A stretch of 64,000 nt of DNA from a virus, in the IMG/VR virus record IMGVR_UViG_3300030061_003170; one strand, written 5' to 3'. The notes beneath the pieces were generated by a model. The model saw nothing but the letters and a program-made list of their open reading frames with translations, made no database searches and was not told where the DNA came from. Shown in pieces: positions 30,836 to 40,053 of this stretch; the stretch's first letter is position 1; every line of letters starts with the position of its first letter. Position numbers and translations under genes: made by a program.

Positions 30836-31968
30836 TATGAACTGTCTCCATCTGGGTAGACATGAGCAACATCTTCTCTACTAACTGCTAATCTAATCGC
30901 CGGCTTGTTACCTACCGCCTGAATTCTATGTGGGATACCTTTTCCAATAAAAACTATGTCATCTTTTTTAATTTTCTTAATAACACCGTCAATCTCCCAC
31001 TCCCACTCGCCATCAATAATATACCACCATTCATTCCAACTGGGGTGGTAGTGTCGTCGATTACCCTCACCGGGTTGTTGATGAATAATTGTTGCACTGT
31101 TGTTCTCGGTATTTACTACTCGGTGGCTCCAACTCTTGGAGTCATCATTCGCGGCCCGAATAGAATTGATGTTTACAATCTCTTTATTACATTCATGCAA
31201 GTTATTGTACATAACGCCGTCTTTTGCTAGGATAGAGGGGACATCAACCTCAGAATGTTCGGCTCCATAGAATTGTGGCTTGAACGAGTCGTTCTTAGAT
31301 AGATGTCTAGAAACAACTTCTGCCAGTTGGAAATCTTCTTCATTGTCTATATCAATGGTTGAATACCCCTTGAGTTCAAAAAAGCCTTTCTTGCCTAGCC
31401 CACCGTGGTAAGCGGCAGAGTACTCATTCATGTTGGAAACATAATTTTCAGATCTCCAGCCCATTAAAGAACAAGCGTAAGGATGAACTGGTGTTACTTC
31501 TTGCGAAGGAGGGCTTATCTTTGTGGGATCAAAATTAATCGGATCATTATTATAAACACATTCTATTTGCTGACTTGATACGGATATTAGTGTATCAAGT
31601 TTGTTGTCAACAATTTCATTAACAAAACACCTTATCTCCTCAGGGGTGATGAAAGGAGAAGTGGGTAAAATTTGAATTACTATGTCGCATGCTACGTTTT
31701 CTAAAAACTCAAGCATAAATTCATCATTGGTGGCTGCATCAGAAGCCATGTAGGGTGATCTCTTAAAAAATTTTACACCTGATATCTCAGCGATCTCTTT
31801 AAGAATTTCTGATTCTGAGTTTACATAAATGGCATCAAAACAACCAGAATCTTTGGCAGCATCTATAACATACTGTATCAAAGGCTTGTTGTTCAGTAAT
31901 CTTATGTTTTTCTTAGGCACTCTTTTACTACCTAATCTTGCGGGGATCATTGCTACAATATTATTCAT
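30835..31968 (-). CDS. Acylneuraminate-cytidylyltransferase (NeuA-like) fused to C-terminal cupin
   Basis: MIPARLGSKRVPKKNIR, PTSPF, IDIDNEEDF; cupin HYHPSWNEWWYIIDGE...PHRI. Confidence 0.85.
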   Translation of the reverse strand: MNNIVAMIPARLGSKRVPKKNIRLLNNKPLIQYVIDAAKDSGCFDAIYVNSESEILKEIAEISGVKFFKRSPYMASDAATNDEFMLEFLENVACDIVIQILPTSPFITPEEIRCFVNEIVDNKLDTLISVSSQQIECVYNNDPINFDPTKISPPSQEVTPVHPYACSLMGWRSENYVSNMNEYSAAYHGGLGKKGFFELKGYSTIDIDNEEDFQLAEVVSRHLSKNDSFKPQFYGAEHSEVDVPSILAKDGVMYNNLHECNKEIVNINSIRAANDDSKSWSHRVVNTENNSATIIHQQPGEGNRRHYHPSWNEWWYIIDGEWEWEIDGVIKKIKKDDIVFIGKGIPHRIQAVGNKPAIRLAVSREDVAHVYPDGDSS

Positions 31969-32798
31969 TTTTCTTCCAAGTTAAAGTTTTTAATCAAATA
32001 ATCATCGACCTTCAGTTTTTTTGAGTAATGATGATCAAGCATTTTTCTAAAATATTCTATTTGAGGACCTTGCTGGTGGATGTCAATTCTAAGATCAGAC
32101 TTAGATGGCATCTTATTAGAGGTGCTTGTGAAATTATTATTTTTGGCCGCCTCATCATGATACGTATCATTATATATTTTACCAAAATTGTTCATATTAA
32201 AAAACGACATTCCTGTGACATATAAACTTTCAATATCATAATTTAGCAATGTTATGATTCCTGTCAAGCCTGTGTTACACGTTGTCCCGACTTGCTCAAA
32301 TATCTTGAAGAGATAACCATCACAAACATTGTGGGTTGGTATTTCTAGTTTACTTAAGAATTGATTAACTGCTGGTAGCGTTTGTACGTTAACCATGGAG
32401 CATATTAGGTATTTTAGAGAATTTGCAAATTCCATGTTTGCACCTAAAGCACGTCTTTTGTGAATGTTTAAACAGTTTATTAAAATATCTGTTCTTTTGC
32501 CATAATCTTGCCAGTCATTTTCACGCATATGATACGCCTGGTTGACTCTAATTACCAAGTCATGGGAATCTATATACTCACCCATGTTTAAGCCCCTCAG
32601 GTGAGGAGAAGGGCACACGTAGGCAATTCTTTTGCCTTTCAATAAGTGTGCTAAATTCTCGTCCCTGTTGTACTCTTTAAAATCACCAACGAATCTTCCG
32701 GACCGTCCTAGTCTCTCTAGTTGTTGTGAAGGTGTTAAGGTAGAGGATTGCCATCTTGGAGGATCTACAAATGGTATATTGATTATTTTACCCATCAA
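31965..32798 (-). CDS. GT29 (sialyltransferase)-like glycosyltransferase
   Basis: Sialylmotif-L-like RIAYVCPSPHLRGLNMGEYIDSHDLVIRVN...DYGKRTD; S-like CNTG; late His. Confidence 0.6.
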   Translation of the reverse strand: MMGKIINIPFVDPPRWQSSTLTPSQQLERLGRSGRFVGDFKEYNRDENLAHLLKGKRIAYVCPSPHLRGLNMGEYIDSHDLVIRVNQAYHMRENDWQDYGKRTDILINCLNIHKRRALGANMEFANSLKYLICSMVNVQTLPAVNQFLSKLEIPTHNVCDGYLFKIFEQVGTTCNTGLTGIITLLNYDIESLYVTGMSFFNMNNFGKIYNDTYHDEAAKNNNFTSTSNKMPSKSDLRIDIHQQGPQIEYFRKMLDHHYSKKLKVDDYLIKNFNLEEK

Positions 32799-33633
32799 GG
32801 GCCTCCTTTAGTATATTTTCATACATCCAGTTCTCAACAACATCATATTTTTTGCATTCTTCTAGATTGTGCAATATTGCTTCTTGTTCTAGTCTCGTGT
32901 CTTCGATTCCATTGATAATATTGTATAACTCATCAGCAGTCTCAAAGGTTATAATTCCTCGTGGATCAAAAAACTCTTCTATGTTTGGACAGCCCCAATA
33001 AATTGGAATCGTACCAACGGCAAAACAATCCAATAATTTTTCTGTAAAATAGTTGTCTTTCCTGACGTTTTCTATGACAATCGAATATTTGTAATCTGTT
33101 AAGGCCTCTTCTTTTTTCTCAATAAACTTATCCGCCCCAGTTCCAAACAAATCAACTTTGCCCTTTAGCACAGAAGCCACTTGGTGCCTTAGATTCCAAC
33201 CTTGTAAGCCACCAATTTTATTTGAATAAACCATTGAAATACCCTTTGTCTTGTCAAATATTTTATAGTTGCTTTCCTCAACCCATGTACCGCCAAATGG
33301 AACAAATTTGCATTTTTCTGGGTATTTCTGCAATAGTGATGTATCATTTGTGAGTAAAACATCAAGTAAATCAATGTATTTGTCCACTAACACGTATGCA
33401 TGCTGGTGAACTTCACGCCGCTCTATCATCCAACCAATCTTTATATTGCTCTTAACTGACTTAATGTACACTGGGTTTAAGAAATTATCAGTGAAAATAG
33501 TTACACCATCAAAATTAGTTTTTCTATATAAATACCTGAAATGGTTATTGGACTTGTCTTTAATCATAGAAAAATTGCCAGATTTAGTCCTAAGATGCTC
33601 AAAGGTGCTGTCCCAAAGGTTAACTTCATACAT
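32788..33633 (-). CDS. GT10-like (alpha-1,3-fucosyltransferase-type) glycosyltransferase
   Basis: YKYSIVIEN...YFTEKLLDCFAVGTIPIYWG. Confidence 0.8.
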   Translation of the reverse strand: MYEVNLWDSTFEHLRTKSGNFSMIKDKSNNHFRYLYRKTNFDGVTIFTDNFLNPVYIKSVKSNIKIGWMIERREVHQHAYVLVDKYIDLLDVLLTNDTSLLQKYPEKCKFVPFGGTWVEESNYKIFDKTKGISMVYSNKIGGLQGWNLRHQVASVLKGKVDLFGTGADKFIEKKEEALTDYKYSIVIENVRKDNYFTEKLLDCFAVGTIPIYWGCPNIEEFFDPRGIITFETADELYNIINGIEDTRLEQEAILHNLEECKKYDVVENWMYENILKEALDG

Positions 33634-34411
33634 TAATGATCTCCCATTCGTTTGGTATTATATCCTCAGTTTTAAAATTGCTATTTTTTGGACCAAACCA
33701 AGTTCCAGGAGCAATTACTCTTTTGTTTTCATTTTCATTTAACCATGCCGCCCACCAGGAAAAAGAAGAGTTAGCAATGATGTTGTTTTTCATTTTACTC
33801 ATAAGAAAAAAATCAATTACATCAAAACCTGTGTTGACAAATGTCGCATCCAAATAACTAAACCTTTCCTTGCACCACTCTATATCATCACTAAAGAAGA
33901 CATAATGTGTGTTTTCAAAAGCAGAGAAGCACTTACTGTAGTAGTCCTCTCCAAGGTTGGTGTGGTATTCTTTGTATTTAAGGTAGTCTCCTCTCCTAAT
34001 GTGGACTGCGCAAGTATTCTTCTCCAGAAGGCTGGAGAAATTTCTAGAAATAAAGTTGTTAATTTTATCAGGGATCGCAAACATATCTTTAATTTCTGCT
34101 TTTCGGTGAACAAAGTACTTTTCACTTTGATAATATCCGTCTAAACAAATGTTTGAAGTGTAGTTTATTTTTTCATAAGAAAAGTCTGGTGATCCGTGAT
34201 GTACAGTAAGTCCTGTCTTTGGAAAAGATTCAAATTTTATATCTTCAAATATTGTCATTCGGTACTTTGTAGTTTCTGAATTGGTTGGTGAAATACCAGA
34301 AGTGTAACTACTACAAACAAAATCAGCATTATTGTCTAAAGATAATGCTTTTGCTGCTGCCATTTGGAACATCTGGTTGCACATTCTTCCTTTTAAAGAC
34401 ACATAAATCAT
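33626..34411 (-). CDS. GT11 alpha-1,2-fucosyl/colitosyltransferase
   Basis: GRMCNQMFQ, GYYQSEKYF, AVHIRRGDY, FSDD, IIANSSFSWWAAWL. Confidence 0.9.
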   Translation of the reverse strand: MIYVSLKGRMCNQMFQMAAAKALSLDNNADFVCSSYTSGISPTNSETTKYRMTIFEDIKFESFPKTGLTVHHGSPDFSYEKINYTSNICLDGYYQSEKYFVHRKAEIKDMFAIPDKINNFISRNFSSLLEKNTCAVHIRRGDYLKYKEYHTNLGEDYYSKCFSAFENTHYVFFSDDIEWCKERFSYLDATFVNTGFDVIDFFLMSKMKNNIIANSSFSWWAAWLNENENKRVIAPGTWFGPKNSNFKTEDIIPNEWEIINV

Positions 34412-35157
34412 AATGAATCAACTTTACTGTATTTCTTTCTATTCCTAATCATTCTTTCTTCGCCTAATTGGACAGAGTGGTTAATTTTATCTTCATTTAG
34501 GGGATTAGTTCTGTTATAAACATACATAATGTCTTTCACATATACGGCTTTTTCACCGGACATCTCTAACATTGGAAACATAAATGCCAAGTCCCAAGCA
34601 GCCTTCACAAACCTTCCAGTCTCGTCATTGATTAAGTCTTTTTTGTTTATTTTTCTCCATAAACCACACTTAAATGTTCTCAAGTGCGATGAACACCATG
34701 GACTTTCTCGATAAGCGTTTGAATAAATTATTGACTTCGGAATCTGTCTGCTAAACTGTCCTTTTACATTACTAGGGTGTTCAACATAGGAACCATAAGT
34801 CATCCAGCAACCACTCTCATTATAGACTTCATTAATCTTTGAAAGCACATGTCTGCTGGCTAACCAATCATCGCCATCCAAAGTCAATATTATATCTTGA
34901 TCGTCAGGGTTTAATTCCTGTATCGTGTCATGTATATTTTTTAAGGCATATGATTTTTCTGTATTTGTAACCAATTTAAATCTATCGTCACCAGCAATTG
35001 CTGCCTTAATAACTTCTGATGTTTTATCGGTTGATATGTCATCCACCAAAATACACTCATAGTTGTCATAATTTTGTAACTGTACAGACTTGATTGTTTT
35101 TGCGATCCAATCTTCTACATTATACAGAGGTATAATTACTTTAAAATGATTATCCAT
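34408..35157 (-). CDS. GT2 glycosyltransferase
   Basis: VIIPLYN, VDDISTD, LDGDDW. Confidence 0.9.
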   Translation of the reverse strand: MDNHFKVIIPLYNVEDWIAKTIKSVQLQNYDNYECILVDDISTDKTSEVIKAAIAGDDRFKLVTNTEKSYALKNIHDTIQELNPDDQDIILTLDGDDWLASRHVLSKINEVYNESGCWMTYGSYVEHPSNVKGQFSRQIPKSIIYSNAYRESPWCSSHLRTFKCGLWRKINKKDLINDETGRFVKAAWDLAFMFPMLEMSGEKAVYVKDIMYVYNRTNPLNEDKINHSVQLGEERMIRNRKKYSKVDSL

Positions 35158-35986
35158 TCAATATCTCCAAAACTCTATTAGGTATCTCTACCCTTTTGCC
35201 TCTCATGTGCTCTATCAGTTCACAACCACTTAACTTAAACCATGGCTCATAGGAAGCACCAACGTTCTTGTTTGTGATCGTTTTTATACCCATCATTCTT
35301 GCTTCAACAACAACCCTAGATAAAGTCTCAGGAGATTTTGGTAAAAATATGAATTTATTATTATTACTCATCAATGACAAGAACTCATTATAGTTTTTTG
35401 ACGAGATTAATTCGTACTCATACCCTTTCTTTTCGCAATAAAAACATGTTTCTGATGTGTTTTTGTGCCAAGTACCAGAATTTAGAATAGAATATCTATT
35501 GTTTTTTTCTTTTTTTGACAATATTTCCAGAATTGATAGTGAGTCTTCTGACCATAAGTTTCCTGAGAGGTTATGGACATTATTTATTGATAAATTCTTC
35601 TCTATTATGCTCTTATGAAAAGAAGATTGGCAAAAGACTGCCATGGCGTTTTGATAAAATTTAGCATTTACTATTTGACTTTTTGGTGCTATAAAATCTT
35701 TAAATTTAGCAGGGTTTCTGTTTCTTAAGTATTTGTGATCATGCTCGTAAATCACATAATCAAAATTATCTGCTAGCAGATCTCTTGTCCCAACGGGTAA
35801 GTTAACAAAGTTTGAGACTATTATTTTATGCCCCATATATTTTTTCAATACCTCTGTTGTTACCTCGTGAGATTTAAGTTTATTAACGAGCAATAGCGAA
35901 CATAACTCATAATCGTTAAGTTCGCCACCGCCAATTAAATCAGATAAAAAGAAGTCTGATATGTATAAAATATTATTCTTGCTCAA
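35150..35986 (-). CDS. Glycosyltransferase-like protein (GT-B)
   Basis: GGGELND, PETLSRVVVEARMMG acceptor/donor motifs. Confidence 0.65.
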   Translation of the reverse strand: MSKNNILYISDFFLSDLIGGGELNDYELCSLLLVNKLKSHEVTTEVLKKYMGHKIIVSNFVNLPVGTRDLLADNFDYVIYEHDHKYLRNRNPAKFKDFIAPKSQIVNAKFYQNAMAVFCQSSFHKSIIEKNLSINNVHNLSGNLWSEDSLSILEILSKKEKNNRYSILNSGTWHKNTSETCFYCEKKGYEYELISSKNYNEFLSLMSNNNKFIFLPKSPETLSRVVVEARMMGIKTITNKNVGASYEPWFKLSGCELIEHMRGKRVEIPNRVLEILNG

Positions 35987-37217
35987 CTAAATCACCTTCT
36001 AATTCGGATAACCAACCATCTAAGTCTATTTGTTCTCCATAAATTGAATCAACAAATCCTTTAAACAAGTTTTCATCACTGAATTTTTCGTTAACTAGTT
36101 CTTTTAGTTCAAGCGCTCTTTGTTTTGCACCCTCAGAGTCCCGTAAAACGTTTCTAAGCGCGTTTTTGTAAGAATCCTTGTCAGCATAGGCCCACATGGA
36201 ATCGGCTTGAATTACGCCATCCCAGACGGCTTGTTGAGATACTGGTTCAAGAGTAAAATCAACCTCTTCAAAATAATTTTTTCCATCATGATGTAAGAAG
36301 TCCATTTGTCCAGACCAACCAACAGTAACAATTGGCATGCCTTCACGAGCAGCCTCAAACATTGGAAGACCAAAGCCTTCGCCATGAGCAATATTGACCA
36401 GTGCGCCAATTTTGTTATGATTGTATAACCATGTCATTTGACCGGCAGAAAGGTCTCCGTGAAGAAGATGAACTTTACACTTCCTATCTGGGTGGGTGCT
36501 CAATATCTGTTTTAACATATTTTCTGTTGCTTCTAGATCCATTCTAGAATTTCCAGCAGTGTTAGTCTTAACAACTAGACCAACCTCTTCGTCTTTAAAC
36601 TCTTCGACCCACCATCGCAATGAATTAACAAAGTTTTTTCGCGGAGAAAATTGAGACACCATTAACATATTATTTGTATATGGCAATTCAAAGCCCGGTA
36701 TGGCTTCTGGTTCTTTTCTTGGCGTGTTTTCCCATACTACTTCAAGCGGAGTTTCCAACCTGTAAGGAAACACATCCCCTGTTTGTTGATTTTTTGCTTG
36801 AAAAACTGTGTTTTCATACGTCTCTTTGGCATGTGTAGAAACAACCAGGATTTTATCCATTATGTTGCCTTGCTGAAGCCATTGGGGTGCCACGCTCGTT
36901 GTTTCAATTCCAGCAGTAAACCCAATATTCTCAGGTGCAATTTTCTGAAATTCATTTGGTATTGTTATCTGTAATGAAAGATCAGGGTTCATTTGCTGCT
37001 GTTGGATTAACAACTGAGTTTCTACAATTCTAGAATCCATCCACTGACGAAATTCATTGTCTTCCCAAACCCAGCCGGTTTTGCCCCATGGGATTGGAGA
37101 AACATAAATTTCAAACAAATCCTCTCTAGAACGCAAAGCGCGAAGAGCAAATCTGGACTGTTCTCCATAACCACTCTGGGACAGAACTGGTGCTCTTACA
37201 AAAATTTTCTTTTTCAC
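35973..37217 (-). CDS. GT4 glycosyltransferase
   Basis: SGYG, RKN, HGEGFGLPMFEAA, GWSGQMDF. Confidence 0.85.
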   Translation of the reverse strand: MKKKIFVRAPVLSQSGYGEQSRFALRALRSREDLFEIYVSPIPWGKTGWVWEDNEFRQWMDSRIVETQLLIQQQQMNPDLSLQITIPNEFQKIAPENIGFTAGIETTSVAPQWLQQGNIMDKILVVSTHAKETYENTVFQAKNQQTGDVFPYRLETPLEVVWENTPRKEPEAIPGFELPYTNNMLMVSQFSPRKNFVNSLRWWVEEFKDEEVGLVVKTNTAGNSRMDLEATENMLKQILSTHPDRKCKVHLLHGDLSAGQMTWLYNHNKIGALVNIAHGEGFGLPMFEAAREGMPIVTVGWSGQMDFLHHDGKNYFEEVDFTLEPVSQQAVWDGVIQADSMWAYADKDSYKNALRNVLRDSEGAKQRALELKELVNEKFSDENLFKGFVDSIYGEQIDLDGWLSELEGDLVEQE

Positions 37218-38476
37218 GCTACCTCCTTAAAAGTGATGCTAGAATATCCGACTCTTGTATCCCAAGAACCCTCTTCTTCATGAATTTGCAACATATAGTT
37301 TACCCAATTATCCTGAAAGGTTTGAAAGTTGTAATTGTTACTTACATGCTGATACCCTTTCATTCCAATTTCATGCCTCTTAGAAGCCGGCATGTTATAC
37401 ATCTTACTCAAGGCCCTATCAAAATCTTTTTGAGCAATACGATCTTCATAAATATATGGTACCTGCTGTGACCCTATTACACACTTTGATGCTGGTTCAA
37501 TTCCAACTCCATAAATGTGCTTTTTACCCTTGACTTGCTCTTGAAGACCTCCGGTTTTATTAACAATAATTGGAGTACCGCATGCAAGAGATTCTAGAGT
37601 GGAGAGACCAAACCCTTCAGCATCTGAAATATTGATTGTAACATCGGCCAAGTTATAAAACGTGCTCATTTGTTCCAAGGATACTTTGTTAACTGATAGC
37701 AAGACCTCTCGGTTATCTAAACACAAGTGTTCAATAAGATGATTCAAGTCCTGCCCGTGAACGTCTTTAGGGTCCGTATGCATGATCAACTGGGCTTTAT
37801 CATGTAAATTATTCTTATCAAGCCATTCTTTGAACCACCAAATTAGTGTTCCAGACTGTTTTCTTCTAGCGTTTCTATTGTTCCAGAAAACAACAAATTT
37901 ATCGACATCATCTGGTACGAAGTTGGCTTTCCTTAACTCTCGACGTTCGGCTCTGTTCAAAGGTTGGAAATATTGTGCATTTACAGCGTGAGGAATATAC
38001 TTTGACGGCACATTTGGCGCAACAGTCTTCACAATATCATGAGAAACCTTTGAAATACAAGCAATACGATCATTTGACTCGTAAAACTTTTTATTAAAGT
38101 GAGGATAGGGGTAATTATCCCAAACGTGATAATAAACAATAGGGCAAAGAGGACGAATCTCGTTCTCAATAGCCCACAGCCAATCCCAAAATCGGGGGTC
38201 GGTCATAATCCAAACAAAATCTGGTCGTTCATTACGAACAATCGAACGAACCATTTCTTGAGTACCGTATCCGTCAACAGGAATGATGCGCCAATCATTT
38301 CCATACGGATCAACACTTATTGGGTCATAATTATGGTGTTTCATGGCGCCGCCCAAAGAAATGACTTCAAATTTGCCACTGTTAAGTAAGGCCTCACAAA
38401 TATAGCGGGTTTGGGTGCCGACCCCCGAAGGAGATAGTGGATGATCACTTAACGTTAATACTTTTAGTTTTTTCAT
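37214..38476 (-). CDS. GT4 glycosyltransferase
   Basis: PSGVG, NRNARRK, SDAEGFGLSTLESLACGTPII, TGGLQEQ. Confidence 0.88.
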   Translation of the reverse strand: MKKLKVLTLSDHPLSPSGVGTQTRYICEALLNSGKFEVISLGGAMKHHNYDPISVDPYGNDWRIIPVDGYGTQEMVRSIVRNERPDFVWIMTDPRFWDWLWAIENEIRPLCPIVYYHVWDNYPYPHFNKKFYESNDRIACISKVSHDIVKTVAPNVPSKYIPHAVNAQYFQPLNRAERRELRKANFVPDDVDKFVVFWNNRNARRKQSGTLIWWFKEWLDKNNLHDKAQLIMHTDPKDVHGQDLNHLIEHLCLDNREVLLSVNKVSLEQMSTFYNLADVTINISDAEGFGLSTLESLACGTPIIVNKTGGLQEQVKGKKHIYGVGIEPASKCVIGSQQVPYIYEDRIAQKDFDRALSKMYNMPASKRHEIGMKGYQHVSNNYNFQTFQDNWVNYMLQIHEEEGSWDTRVGYSSITFKEVA

Positions 38477-38499
38477 AAAAAATCCTTGATGATGTCTTT

Positions 38500-38528
38500 A
38501 ATATAACACCATCAAGGAGAGTTGTCAA
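38500..38528 (-). promoter_or_regulatory. sigma70-type promoter TTGACA-N17-TATATT heading the glycan operon
   Basis: Read directly, extended TG and upstream A-tracts. Confidence 0.75.
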
Positions 38529-38554
38529 GAAAAAAAATGATTTTTTTTTATTTT

Positions 38555-39337
38555 TTAAGGACAATGTTCTGTATTTTTAAATTCACAGTATCTACAGTTT
38601 TTTCTGTTTTTTATCTTAAGGCCGGCCTTAACGGACCTACAGCCATCAGTAAGAAGTTTGGTTGCACTCTTGGTCTTGCGAGGACCAGATGTCACACGAA
38701 AGATCTCAACATTATCTTTTTTCGCAGTTCTCTTAAGAAGGCCAAAGTAGGTCTCAACCATTTTTGGGTCTATTTTGTGCTTCTCACAGAAAAACTTTTT
38801 GTAAAGAGTTAACTGGTATGTCACCAGTGTGCTTTGTTTCTTCTCCATGTTCCAGCCCCAAGAGCAGGTCTTCCAGTCAATGATGTGGTATTTATCATCT
38901 GGTGTCTTGATTACAAGGTCAATAAATCCCTTGAGGTTCCAATCATAATCAAGTTCTTCAATCTGTTGATACAACATCTCCTCTGTCGAGTAGACCTCAT
39001 AGCCTGGGAAGTGTTCTTCTAATTGAGGAAAAACAAGTGGCATTATAAGTCTTGCATTTCTTCTAAACTCTTTGAGTGCCACTTCTTGAACTTCCTCATC
39101 CAATTCAAGTTTCTCAAGTTCTTGATCAAAAGTTTCATCAAAAAAGTCTTCGCGGTCTGCATCTTCTGTCAAAAGCCCTTTTGCTATGTTCTCGCACACA
39201 CTATGTATTGCTGTCCCAAACGCAGTGTAAAGGTTGCCTGTAAAGCCCTTGATGCCCTGTAAGTACATCAGATTATGTTTCCATGGGCACTCGGCCCAGG
39301 TCTTCAATTCTGAGTATGAAATGTGTTTTTTAGTCAT
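38555..39337 (-). CDS. PD-(D/E)XK exonuclease, Cas4/AddB-like with four Cys
   Basis: ISYS..ECP, GTAIH, GFIDL..IIDWKT, QL..Y, CRYC..C; start MTKKH with GGAGG RBS. Confidence 0.85.
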   Translation of the reverse strand: MTKKHISYSELKTWAECPWKHNLMYLQGIKGFTGNLYTAFGTAIHSVCENIAKGLLTEDADREDFFDETFDQELEKLELDEEVQEVALKEFRRNARLIMPLVFPQLEEHFPGYEVYSTEEMLYQQIEELDYDWNLKGFIDLVIKTPDDKYHIIDWKTCSWGWNMEKKQSTLVTYQLTLYKKFFCEKHKIDPKMVETYFGLLKRTAKKDNVEIFRVTSGPRKTKSATKLLTDGCRSVKAGLKIKNRKNCRYCEFKNTEHCP

Positions 39338-39999
39338 TAGTCCTCCGTGGATATTAATGAATGTAACACGTAATAAAGGATTGGGCAAGTATTTTTTAAA
39401 TTTTCTCTGTCTCCGATGAAATATTCTTCGAATCCACGGGCAAAGTATTCACGAATAGAAGTTGCAGCATAAGCAGAAGGAAAGATACCAACACACAATT
39501 GATTTACAATATCATAACCAACCTCTTTATGAAGATAATTATCAATATCCTTGCTGTACTCTATTCTTGTTAAGAAATCATCAGGTACGTCAGATATGTC
39601 TTCAAGTCGCATTGCGAGGTTTTTTCTTTTTGCCTTAAACTCACGTATGAATGACTTAATATAAATTTCATCCATATGCAGTTCTTCACTAGCATGTGCA
39701 ATTTCGTGAATAATGTCATCAATCATATCACGATCATCGTCTTGCTCGTTTGATACATAAATTGCACCGTCTTCAAAGTAAGCATTTATTCCATCTTTCT
39801 TAAACCTTGGGAATTCTCCAATGTAAATTATGTCCACCCCATCAATGACATGGGAAGGCAAAAGACTTGAAATATATTTAAACACAAACTCTGGGTCAAT
39901 ATGTTCTGGAAGTTTATCTTTAATGAAAACGTCAACACCACTTAAAGAATACATATCTTTTAACTTGCTCCCTCTTCTGGCAGATTCTTTTATCCACAT
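39337..39999 (-). CDS. HExxH zinc metallopeptidase-like protein
   Basis: IIHEIAH and distal YAATSIREYFA; start MWIKES with GGAGA RBS. Confidence 0.6.
   Translation of the reverse strand: MWIKESARRGSKLKDMYSLSGVDVFIKDKLPEHIDPEFVFKYISSLLPSHVIDGVDIIYIGEFPRFKKDGINAYFEDGAIYVSNEQDDDRDMIDDIIHEIAHASEELHMDEIYIKSFIREFKAKRKNLAMRLEDISDVPDDFLTRIEYSKDIDNYLHKEVGYDIVNQLCVGIFPSAYAATSIREYFARGFEEYFIGDRENLKNTCPILYYVLHSLISTED
39360..39388 (-). promoter_or_regulatory. sigma70-type promoter TTGCCC-N17-TACATT
   Basis: Same TG-extended -10 as array promoters; weaker -35; upstream of nuclease. Confidence 0.5.
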
Positions 40000-40020
40000 A
40001 ATTATCTCCAACTTATAACT

Positions 40021-40049
40021 AATATAACATAAAAAGGCAAGTTAGTCAA
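40021..40049 (-). promoter_or_regulatory. sigma70-type promoter TTGACT-N17-TATATT
   Basis: Read directly in intergenic gap. Confidence 0.7.
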
Positions 40050-40053
40050 ATTT

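Noticed and set aside
22743-38476. Bacterial O-antigen locus, i.e. host chromosome or chimera
   Set aside because: Translationally coupled to phage genes, no flippase/polymerase or housekeeping genes; a misassembly cannot be fully excluded without reads
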